NCBI GenBank assembly: GCA_048882505.1
Contig: JBHLRO010000018.1
Location: 30,001-62,000, forward strand
Origin: Candidatus Thorarchaeota archaeon
GTDB lineage: Archaea; Asgardarchaeota; Heimdallarchaeia; Hodarchaeales; Hodarchaeaceae
DNA: 32,000 bases
Direction: 5' to 3'
Shown here: positions 8,473 to 16,428 of the stretch, one piece after another
How positions within the stretch are numbered: position 1 is the first letter of the stretch
Layout: each line of letters starts with the position of its first letter
Program-made: the position numbers and the translations under genes
Notes under the pieces: generated by a model
Told to the model about the DNA's origin: nothing
Databases searched by the model: none
What the model saw: the letters and a program-made list of their open reading frames with translations, nothing else

Positions 8473-9180
8473 GTGACCAACCTAGATGAATTTTTCGGTG
8501 AAGATCAAGACCGAAACGTGCAAATTTTAGTTGAAATGACAAAAAAATTCTTCTTGTTCGTCTCTCAATTGGCAGAAATTACCGAAGAGCTCGATGCGAA
8601 GGTAAACACACTTAATGCGAGGTTGGATGCCCTTGGTTCAAGTCCCTCAAGGGTAATAACTCAAACAACAAGTGCGCTATCTCCTTCAGTTGCTTCACCA
8701 GTTCCACCTAGCCCTGGTATGGGAGGATCTACACCATCACCTGCACCCCCTTCTGCTAAAATTGCACCACCACCCACGCCTGCAGTTTCAACTTCATCCC
8801 CACCCCCTGTTCCCTCCATGGGAGGAACTGCCCCCCCACCTCCACCTTCTTCAGGGAGCGGAGGCTCAGGTTTTCCGTCTCCTCCCACTCTTCCTTCAAG
8901 TTCGCCAGCACAGCCTACGTCCCCATCTCCTCCATCTGGTCTACCACCCTTGCCAGGGTTTGGTCAATCCACAAGTCCCACAAGTCCCGCTTCGACCTTT
9001 CCCCCTCCCCCTGGTCTCACTCCTCCTAGTTCTGGGCCTCCAGGTGCTGTTCCTCCATCACAACCGCAAGCTCCTGGTTCTCCTGCTCGTATGTCTCCCA
9101 TGGCTCTAAAAGCCCAGATGAATGACGAACTAAGGGCCGCTTTTGCAAGAATTAAGAAGAATTGGGATGATGAGGATTAA
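8473..9180 (+). CDS. Proline-rich protein with N-terminal coiled coil and C-terminal helix plus W-acidic tail (WAVE/WASP-like architecture, hypothetical)
   Basis: Residues ~18-54 form an amphipathic coiled coil, the central region has about 50 Pro, and the C-terminus is 'MALKAQMNDELRAAFARIKKNWDDED'. The coding status is well supported; the function is inferred. Confidence 0.75.
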   Translation: MTNLDEFFGEDQDRNVQILVEMTKKFFLFVSQLAEITEELDAKVNTLNARLDALGSSPSRVITQTTSALSPSVASPVPPSPGMGGSTPSPAPPSAKIAPPPTPAVSTSSPPPVPSMGGTAPPPPPSSGSGGSGFPSPPTLPSSSPAQPTSPSPPSGLPPLPGFGQSTSPTSPASTFPPPPGLTPPSSGPPGAVPPSQPQAPGSPARMSPMALKAQMNDELRAAFARIKKNWDDED

Positions 9181-9320
9181 CTGCACATCATTGCGCTAAT
9201 CACCTTTTTCAATTGAGAGTGGCTGTTCCTACTGATGTTTTTCGCGAATATCTGAGAGGATGCATTTTCTAATACAATCCGTCAAGTACCTCCATTTAAT
9301 CTGAAAAACATATCTTTTTA

Positions 9321-10292
9321 TTATTTCATGGCGCCATACAAAAGGTTAGCTAAGGTCCGTAGGTTTCCCACTCCCCGAATTTCATGTTCATACATCTTGA
9401 TCTCTGAAATTTCGTATTCATTGTACAATTCATGGATTTTTGCTAATGTTTCATTCTGATTGGCAAAACGGGCCGTACAATAAGCACAATGAGGATTCTC
9501 TGGTTGAACCTGGTTGATATAGATTTTGGAGATCGGAAAGGCTACTTCGTATAATGCCTTGATAAGACGCTCCGTTTCCCATAAGGCCATTATTGTTGGT
9601 ATCGTGACTGCCACGAACTCTGCTTCTTGAGGATTTTGCAGATGCTCACGGGCAAATTCTACTTGATCTCGTAGTTCCTCCAATTTTTCAAAAGCTTCTT
9701 TTTCGCTTGGTCCCGATCCCCCTCCAAAAAACGCTTTCATACCAGTCATTATTCCCCCGAGGCGTTTTCGCATTTTAATTAGTCTAAACAGCCATGTCTG
9801 AGTCATTTCAGGGAGTTGTAACAATCTAAGGGTATGTCCGGTCGGAGCTGTATCAAAAATGATGGTATCAAACTCAGGGTTTCTAATGAATTCAAGAAGT
9901 TGGATAAAGGCGACTGTTTCATCTGCACCGGGAGGAGACAAGGTAGAGGGGTCATCACTTCCAAGAAGATCGGAAATAAGCCCTGATGGATCTTGTTGTG
10001 ATACAATATCAGAATAAGAACGCATTGCATTTTGAGTATCTAGTTCAATCGCTTGAAGTCCAGAGACTCCCGTGACTTCAGTATATGTATCACCTCCGAT
10101 TTGTTGGTTTAAGCTGTCCGACACAGAGTGCGCGGGATCCGTAGAAACAAGAAGAGTGCGAATTCCCAAATCGGCAGCCTTAATAGCAGTGGCGGCAGCC
10201 ATGGTAGTTTTTCCAACTCCTCCTTTGCCGCCAAAAAAAAGAAATTTCTTCTCAAATAACGAAGATGACCTATGAGATGACATGAGTCGCAT
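9321..10292 (-). CDS. get3: Get3/TRC40 (ArsA-family) ATPase, single-domain
   Basis: 'GGKGGVGKTT', 'STDPAHS', 'PGADE', 'DTAPTGHTLRLL', a Met/Gly-rich insert, and C-terminal 'CAYC' followed by 'HELY'. Confidence 0.88.
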   Translation of the reverse strand: MRLMSSHRSSSLFEKKFLFFGGKGGVGKTTMAAATAIKAADLGIRTLLVSTDPAHSVSDSLNQQIGGDTYTEVTGVSGLQAIELDTQNAMRSYSDIVSQQDPSGLISDLLGSDDPSTLSPPGADETVAFIQLLEFIRNPEFDTIIFDTAPTGHTLRLLQLPEMTQTWLFRLIKMRKRLGGIMTGMKAFFGGGSGPSEKEAFEKLEELRDQVEFAREHLQNPQEAEFVAVTIPTIMALWETERLIKALYEVAFPISKIYINQVQPENPHCAYCTARFANQNETLAKIHELYNEYEISEIKMYEHEIRGVGNLRTLANLLYGAMK

Positions 10293-10327
10293 TTTTACTA
10301 CCGGAGAAAAAAAGTTTTTTAACCAGA

Positions 10328-11035
10328 TTGATAACTAAAGAAAAAAAGACTACTGAAACGCAGATTAAACGGCTTCGGGTGATGAAGAAAATGCGATCTT
10401 ATCAATTTTATCTCCTCGCAATACTAGGCATTGCGTTTGTAGCACTCATTTGCTTATCTACCATAATAAATCCAATTACATTTTCAACTACTGCCCAACC
10501 AACCGTAATGCCATCAGGGAACAATATTGCCTCGAAGATCTCGAAGGAGTATCCTGCTCTAATTGCCACGAAGTCGATTGATAAGACCGAGGTCACTTTA
10601 GGGGAGACAATAATTGTGACGGTTATTATTCGAAACTTCGGAAATCAAACAGCCTATAATGTCACATACATTGAAAGATTCTCAAATCCATGGATTTTTA
10701 ACACCACAGGATTAGGTAAACTTTCTTACACACAGATTGGTCCCAGTGAAACGCGAGTGTTCGGTTATTCTATCACTGCCAACGCGATCGGGAAATTTAG
10801 TATACAGGCTGCCGCTATTGAATATTATGATTCTGAAACCAACGCGATCAGATTCATTACATACACGAATTCGTTAGAAATCACAGCCATGGAGCCCCCT
10901 GAAGATTTTTCTATAGCAAACTTTTATGCAGCCCTCATCCTACTGATTACACTTATTATGATTGATGTTATGCTTTTAATTCGTCTAGTTGCTCCTAAAT
11001 TCAATCGTAGAGAACAACAGGCCAATAATTTTTGA
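10328..11035 (+). CDS. Membrane-anchored Ig-fold protein, TRAP-beta (SSR2)/DUF11-like
   Basis: N-terminal hydrophobic helix, Ig-like 'LIATKSI...GETIIVTVIIRNFGNQTAYNV...IGPSE...IGKFSIQAAAIEY', then a C-terminal TM and basic residues. The true start may be ATG 10391, which follows GGTGA. Confidence 0.7.
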   Translation: MITKEKKTTETQIKRLRVMKKMRSYQFYLLAILGIAFVALICLSTIINPITFSTTAQPTVMPSGNNIASKISKEYPALIATKSIDKTEVTLGETIIVTVIIRNFGNQTAYNVTYIERFSNPWIFNTTGLGKLSYTQIGPSETRVFGYSITANAIGKFSIQAAAIEYYDSETNAIRFITYTNSLEITAMEPPEDFSIANFYAALILLITLIMIDVMLLIRLVAPKFNRREQQANNF

Positions 11036-11064
11036 ATAGATCCATAAAACCTGGTGCATGACTG

Positions 11065-11613
11065 TTGGATACACCAATTCCTGCCCAATTAGTCGGAAAT
11101 CAGGTCGTGATTTGGGATTCTGATGCTGGGAGCAGCGTTTATCAACTTGGTTATTATGGAAAGCCTGTTGGGATCCGGAAACCAAAATCTCCCCGATTCG
11201 ATAGGCCACTTGAGCTTACTTTACTTGAGGCCGCATTTCTTCAAGAAAAAAAAATCATTAGTATCGCAGAGGGGTTAAAACATCTTGAGAGAGAAGAGTT
11301 CCAGAGGATTTGTAGAGACCGTTTTGCCAAGTTTGAAGATTTATATGCCGTTTATCTCGATCTCCGACGCTTAAGATACATTGTACGCCCTGGATTGAAA
11401 TTTGGCACGGATTTTGCCGTTTATAAAAGGGGGCCAGGTATCGACCATTCCCCTTTCCTCATTTCGGTAATCCCGAACAGTTCTCGTCTGGAACCTATTG
11501 ACTTGGTTCGTGCGGGGCGTTTGGCTACTTCAGTCCGGAAGCGTTATGTAATCGCAACAGTTCTTTCTGATAGACAGATTCGGTACTATGCATTTCAGTG
11601 GAATCGTCCCTAG
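11065..11613 (+). CDS. endA: tRNA-intron endonuclease (tRNA-splicing endonuclease, alpha subunit)
   Basis: 'LELTLLEAAFL', 'VYLDLRRLRYIVRPGLKFGTDFAVY', 'DHS' and 'VRK' include the catalytic Tyr, His and Lys positions. Confidence 0.95.
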   Translation: MDTPIPAQLVGNQVVIWDSDAGSSVYQLGYYGKPVGIRKPKSPRFDRPLELTLLEAAFLQEKKIISIAEGLKHLEREEFQRICRDRFAKFEDLYAVYLDLRRLRYIVRPGLKFGTDFAVYKRGPGIDHSPFLISVIPNSSRLEPIDLVRAGRLATSVRKRYVIATVLSDRQIRYYAFQWNRP

Positions 11614-11827
11614 ATTTTCATGAACAATGCAATGGCAGAATTACAATCTATTCCATTTGAATCCAAAATCTCCATCAAAAGAAATGATACACATCTGGAT
11701 GCCCTACTGCTCCCCTTACGTAGGCAAACATGTTCTAATGTATCCTGTTTAACAAAATCAGTAACTTGATTCCCATTAAACTTGTGGAACTATTCAGGAG
11801 AGTATGATCAACGTTTTACGGCCAAAA

Positions 11828-12496
11828 TCACTCAATATAGGAATATACGCTTGGATTTGGCTCGAAAAACTCGCCCGAATCCAATAGTTCCGTTAATGCA
11901 GCAGAAATTTGTTCTTCATCAATCTTAGGAAATTCTGCAACCAGTTGATCATATCTTACCCCAGAGCCAGCATCTAATCGTTTAACCGCCTGTTTCAATT
12001 TAGCCTTCAGATCCTCAATGGAGACTACTCCTGTGAGTTCTATTCCTCCTACTACAGCAGATCGAACGGTATCGACCCTTGTCACTTTCCTGTTTTCTAA
12101 GATCTTCAGTCGATGCACTAAAAACCAATTATCATCAGTTATTCGGGTAACAATGTCAGGTGTGACCGTCACATCCACTCCATCCTCCGTAGGAGAAACC
12201 GAGATAGCCCCCAGCACCTCTATCCTATCCCAGCGCTGAAATTCATTGAACTTCTCATCTAGTCCAATAACTCGTACTACACCACTCCCGTCATCGACGG
12301 ATAAGCTAATCCGGTCGTCATCAACAATTTTATCTGTGATAAAACCCATTATCCATACTCGAAAAAGGAAACGATCATCGGGGGTTAATAGGCGCCATCT
12401 CCCTTCTTGCTCCTGTATCACTTCACCTCGTGATATGCTTGCAATCTTAACACGTGAATAGGGTGTACGCCGTCTCACTAGGATTCCACTTTTCAC
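11828..12496 (-). CDS. Replication protein A 32 kDa-like subunit (OB-fold plus C-terminal winged helix)
   Basis: OB fold 'RVWIMGFIT...SVDDGSGVVRV...VEVLG' and WH tail 'GVRYDQLV...ISAALTELLDSGEFFEP'. The GTG start overlaps the ndk stop. Confidence 0.8.
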   Translation of the reverse strand: MKSGILVRRRTPYSRVKIASISRGEVIQEQEGRWRLLTPDDRFLFRVWIMGFITDKIVDDDRISLSVDDGSGVVRVIGLDEKFNEFQRWDRIEVLGAISVSPTEDGVDVTVTPDIVTRITDDNWFLVHRLKILENRKVTRVDTVRSAVVGGIELTGVVSIEDLKAKLKQAVKRLDAGSGVRYDQLVAEFPKIDEEQISAALTELLDSGEFFEPNPSVYSYIE

Positions 12497-12963
12497 AGTT
12501 TATCCAAGGATGCCTTTCCTGAAATCTCAGGCGGAAAGAAAATCGATAATTCATATTGAGCACGTTCGGGAGCATCTGAACCATGGGCTATATTCTTGGT
12601 TAGGGCCAGGCCAAAATCGCCACGAATGGTTCCAGGTAGTGCCTCGATAGAATTAGTAGCGCCCAATAATTTACGAACAACTTTTACAGCATTTGTTCCT
12701 TGTACTGCAATTGCAACCACTGGACCGGAACCAATAAAAGATTTCAAATCCGGATAGAATTCCTTACCGATATGAATGTCATAAAGACGATCGATCTGGG
12801 AATCAGTGAGATGTACCATCTTCAATCCAATGATTTCGAGTCCCTTGGATTCTACTCGAGCAATAACCTGGCCTATAAGGCCTCTTCTAACCCCATCAGG
12901 CTTAATGAGCAGCAAACTTCGTTCTGAGTCGTTTTCTGGATTTCCTGAACTCATTTGTTTCAC
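12493..12963 (-). CDS. ndk: Nucleoside diphosphate kinase
   Basis: 'LLLIKPDGVRRGLIG', 'PGTIRGDF' and 'NIAHGSD'. Start may be ATG 12954. Confidence 0.97.
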   Translation of the reverse strand: MKQMSSGNPENDSERSLLLIKPDGVRRGLIGQVIARVESKGLEIIGLKMVHLTDSQIDRLYDIHIGKEFYPDLKSFIGSGPVVAIAVQGTNAVKVVRKLLGATNSIEALPGTIRGDFGLALTKNIAHGSDAPERAQYELSIFFPPEISGKASLDKL

Positions 12964-13038
12964 ACTCTATTTCAATTTCATCTTTGATTGAGTAAGTATC
13001 TAAAATGAAAAAAGAGGGTGAAGAATACCCCCAAGGTA

Positions 13039-15537
13039 TTATGATTCACCTAGGGCAGCCATTCTTCGGTTACTTTTCCTGTACGCCCACACAAACAGTA
13101 CAAACAGTCCCGCGGCAACCAAAGTCAAGATGAGGCTCAGTTGCGGATCATGGCTAGATTCAACAAGAAGTGGAGCTAAAATCAGACTCACTAAATTCAC
13201 TACTTTGATCATGGGGTTTATAGCAGGACCTGCGGTATCTTTTAGGGGATCTCCAACAGTATCCCCTACGACACCTGCCTTATGGCGTTCTGAACCTTTT
13301 CCCATATTCTTCTCTATATCCTGAGACTCGTCTTCGATAGCTTTCTTCGCATTATCCCATGCTCCCCCAGCATTAGCCATGAAAACAGCTAATAATTGTC
13401 CAGATGCGATGATCCCTGCTTGAAATCCTCCTAGGACTTCGACCCCCGAGCCGATAGTATGGAGAGCATCTTCCGATAAACCAGTCATGGCACCGCCCTG
13501 GGCAATCAGGACGCCAAATAGAATTCCAACCATAATGGGGACTGATACTGCGATTACTGCAAGGCTCACCAACTCTTTTTGGGCCGCAGCCGTGGAAATT
13601 CCCACAGCTTGTCTATAATCTGGCTTTTTTGTTCCTTCCATTACCCCTGGGATTTTGAATTGTCTTCTCACTTCCTCTATAATGTCACCAGCCGCACGAC
13701 TCACTGCCCGGATGTTAAATGCAGCGAAGATCCAAGGTAATGCCGCGCCAAGGAGTAATCCTACGAACACTGCTGGAATATTCACACGTAAACCGTCAGC
13801 CAACGGATTTACTATATCAGGAAACTCATTTCGTAAGCTATCAACAACAACTTGAATATCTGTTACAAATGAAGCAAACAGACTCACTGCAGCAATAACT
13901 GCACTTGCAATTGCAATGCCTTTCGTTATGGCTTTAGTTGTGTTACCTACTGCATCAAGCTCTTCCAATACACTAGCTGACTCTTTGTCCATGGAGGTCA
14001 TTTCAGCGATGCCTTGTGCGTTATCACTGATAGGACCGAATGAATCCATCGCAACATTGTTACCTGTGTGAGATAACATTCCGATTCCGATCAAGCTGAT
14101 ACCGTACAACATATATTGGAGTATGCTGTCTGTATCAACGTATAGTTCCGGCACGGGTAATATCGAACCGATAAATTGATTCCCGGGTAGGATAAGAAAT
14201 GTTGCAACTGCGATCACAAACGAAATACAAATCGCTGCCACAGCCCAAACAGAAGATTCGTATCCAAGGGCTAAACCAGACAATATTGTTGTTGCCGGAC
14301 CGCCGTGCATCGAATCGACAACTTCTTGAACTGGACCACGTTCCTTAGCCGTAAATCGGGCTGTAATAGGATTAAAAGAGACTGCTAACATCACCCCAGT
14401 GGCAATTAACAAAGCAAGACGCCAATCTCCAGCGTAGAAGGTTGCGAAGAGAAAGGATGTGAAAATGGTAATTGCACTGGAAAGTTCATAGGAATTGAAC
14501 ATTGCTTTCTCGGCATCGGGCGTTTTCCAGAGGGCAACAGCGAAAGTGCCAACGATGGAACTAACCACTCCAATGCCACGGACTATAAGAGGGAACATGA
14601 TCCAAACCACTGATTGGGCTAAGGGCTGCCCTGCATCCAGGGCGAGCTGATAGAGGAAGAGGCCAAGGATCAGTGAGGAGACGATCGTTACTTCGTAGGA
14701 TTCAAAAATATCTGCCGCCATTCCTGCGCAATCACCAACATTGTCCCCCACGAGATCAGCGATTACTGCGGCGTTGCGAGGGTCATCTTCGGGTATTTGG
14801 GCTTCAACCTTCCCGACAAGATCGGCGCCTACATCTGCTGCTTTTGTATAAATGCCTCCGCCCACTCGCATAAAAAGTGCAAGAATTGTTCCACCAAAGC
14901 CAAAACCTAACAAGGCATCGGGTGCTGCGGTTCCAAAAATTATAAAAATCACTGTCCCTCCTAACAAACCAAAGCCATCGGTCAACATGCCTGTTACAGT
15001 ACCTGCATGGTATGCTATGGAAAGTGCTTTATTGTACCGTCTGTCAACGTCTAAAACATTACCTGATTCATCTGTTGCGCTTGCCGCAGCGGCGGCAACT
15101 CGAAGGTTACCCTGAACAGCAATACGCATTCCAAACTGACCGACCATAAGTGAAAAGCTTGCACCTAGGATAAATGCGAATGTTCTTCCGAGTGCTATCA
15201 TTAATGTCGGATCGAGTCCAAGACCCGCCGCAAGGGTACCAGGTCCGAATTCAGTCTGTGCCGCTCTCGATGGATGAACCAACCAGACACTTAAGAAAAG
15301 AGCGCCCGTCAATATAATCACAATGGGTAAGATTGATCTAAGCTGCTTACCGAGATACGCATCGGCCCCCTCTTTGATAGCTCGCCAGACAGTTTGCATA
15401 TCTTCAGTACCAGTTTTTTGCCTCATGACGTCGTTTCTGAGCCACCATGAGTATGCAAAGCTCAGAATTGCGACCAAGATCACCCCTATGAGAACTAATT
15501 GTTCAAATAGGTCTAACTGAAAGAATGTGGTAAACAT
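13039..15537 (-). CDS. hppA: Membrane-bound H+-translocating pyrophosphatase, K+-independent type
   Basis: 'GGGIYTKAADVGADLVGKVE', 'DNVGDCAG', 'DAVGNTTKAITKG', 'GGAWDNAKK' and 'GDTVGDPLKDTAGP'. Confidence 0.97.
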   Translation of the reverse strand: MFTTFFQLDLFEQLVLIGVILVAILSFAYSWWLRNDVMRQKTGTEDMQTVWRAIKEGADAYLGKQLRSILPIVIILTGALFLSVWLVHPSRAAQTEFGPGTLAAGLGLDPTLMIALGRTFAFILGASFSLMVGQFGMRIAVQGNLRVAAAAASATDESGNVLDVDRRYNKALSIAYHAGTVTGMLTDGFGLLGGTVIFIIFGTAAPDALLGFGFGGTILALFMRVGGGIYTKAADVGADLVGKVEAQIPEDDPRNAAVIADLVGDNVGDCAGMAADIFESYEVTIVSSLILGLFLYQLALDAGQPLAQSVVWIMFPLIVRGIGVVSSIVGTFAVALWKTPDAEKAMFNSYELSSAITIFTSFLFATFYAGDWRLALLIATGVMLAVSFNPITARFTAKERGPVQEVVDSMHGGPATTILSGLALGYESSVWAVAAICISFVIAVATFLILPGNQFIGSILPVPELYVDTDSILQYMLYGISLIGIGMLSHTGNNVAMDSFGPISDNAQGIAEMTSMDKESASVLEELDAVGNTTKAITKGIAIASAVIAAVSLFASFVTDIQVVVDSLRNEFPDIVNPLADGLRVNIPAVFVGLLLGAALPWIFAAFNIRAVSRAAGDIIEEVRRQFKIPGVMEGTKKPDYRQAVGISTAAAQKELVSLAVIAVSVPIMVGILFGVLIAQGGAMTGLSEDALHTIGSGVEVLGGFQAGIIASGQLLAVFMANAGGAWDNAKKAIEDESQDIEKNMGKGSERHKAGVVGDTVGDPLKDTAGPAINPMIKVVNLVSLILAPLLVESSHDPQLSLILTLVAAGLFVLFVWAYRKSNRRMAALGES

Positions 15538-15624
15538 ATGTCACATTTCCTCTTTCTCTATTCCATTAGATTCCAATGATGTACATAGATCCCATGAGAA
15601 GGGGATATAATAGCAATTCCCCTC

Positions 15625-15644
15625 GTTAAAATCGGAATTTTAAC
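15625..15644. promoter_or_regulatory. Inverted repeat GTTAAAAT-N4-ATTTTAAC upstream of hppA (candidate operator)
   Basis: Perfect 8-bp arms in the hppA/rpoE1 divergent intergenic region, just upstream of a minus-strand TTATAT element at about 15605-15610. Confidence 0.4.
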
Positions 15645-15876
15645 TTTTGGGTCTGCTTATATCACCAAACTGTATCGAAAACCTCAATAATCTATCATAC
15701 AAACCCTGCATTGGATTAATAATCCGATTTCCTTAAGAAATGACCGAAGATCTCTTCAGTCACCTAGTTAAATCACTGCCGTCTGAATGAGGGTTAATCG
15801 TTACCGATTTCAAGCCCGAATTGCGGAAAAAATATCTGCGGATCTCGCAAAAAAACCTATCTAACCTGGAAAGAAG

Positions 15877-16428
15877 ATGTATTACCTAACTAGAATTCGC
15901 GAAACTATCCGAGTTCCTCCCAAACGCTTTGGCGAACCGATTGAAAACGTCATCCTTGATATTAGTCGACAAAAGAATGAAACAACAATTGGCGCAGATG
16001 TAGGCATGATTGTAGCGGTTTTGTCGATCCTTCATATTTCGCCTGGTCGTATCGTCCCAGGACACGGCGAAACATTCCATGATGTTGAATATGAAGCAAT
16101 CACTTTCCGACCGTTAAACAACGAAGTATCGGAGGGTGAGGTGGTGGAAACGACCAAATTTGGGTTTTTTATGCGTATTGGTTGTACAGATGCATTAGCT
16201 CACATCAGTCAAATCTCAGATGAATTCTTTCAAATGTCATCTAGAGCGTCGGGGGTTCTTGTCGGACGAGAATCGGGACGAACCATTAGGCAAGGAGATC
16301 TCGTACGAGGAAGAATTATTACGGCTACGGTCGACCATGTAAGTATGAAAATTGCAGTAACAATGAAAGGGGAAGGTTTGGGCCTCAAGACTTGGTTGGA
16401 TGAAGAAAAAAATCAGGAGCCGACATAA
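15877..16428 (+). CDS. rpoE1: DNA-directed RNA polymerase subunit E' (Rpo7)
   Basis: 'IRVPPKRFGE', 'EGEVVETTKFGFFMRIG..DALAHISQI' and 'TMKGEGLG...WL'. Confidence 0.96.
   Translation: MYYLTRIRETIRVPPKRFGEPIENVILDISRQKNETTIGADVGMIVAVLSILHISPGRIVPGHGETFHDVEYEAITFRPLNNEVSEGEVVETTKFGFFMRIGCTDALAHISQISDEFFQMSSRASGVLVGRESGRTIRQGDLVRGRIITATVDHVSMKIAVTMKGEGLGLKTWLDEEKNQEPT

Noticed and set aside
8661-9109. Alternative-frame ORFs (8672-9109 +, 8661-8888 -) over the Pro-rich gene
   Set aside because: Leu/His-rich and Gly-rich shadows expected from CCN codon runs; no independent evidence.
11620-11770. ~49-aa plus-strand ORF after endA
   Set aside because: No recognisable features; likely terminator or intergenic sequence between convergent genes.
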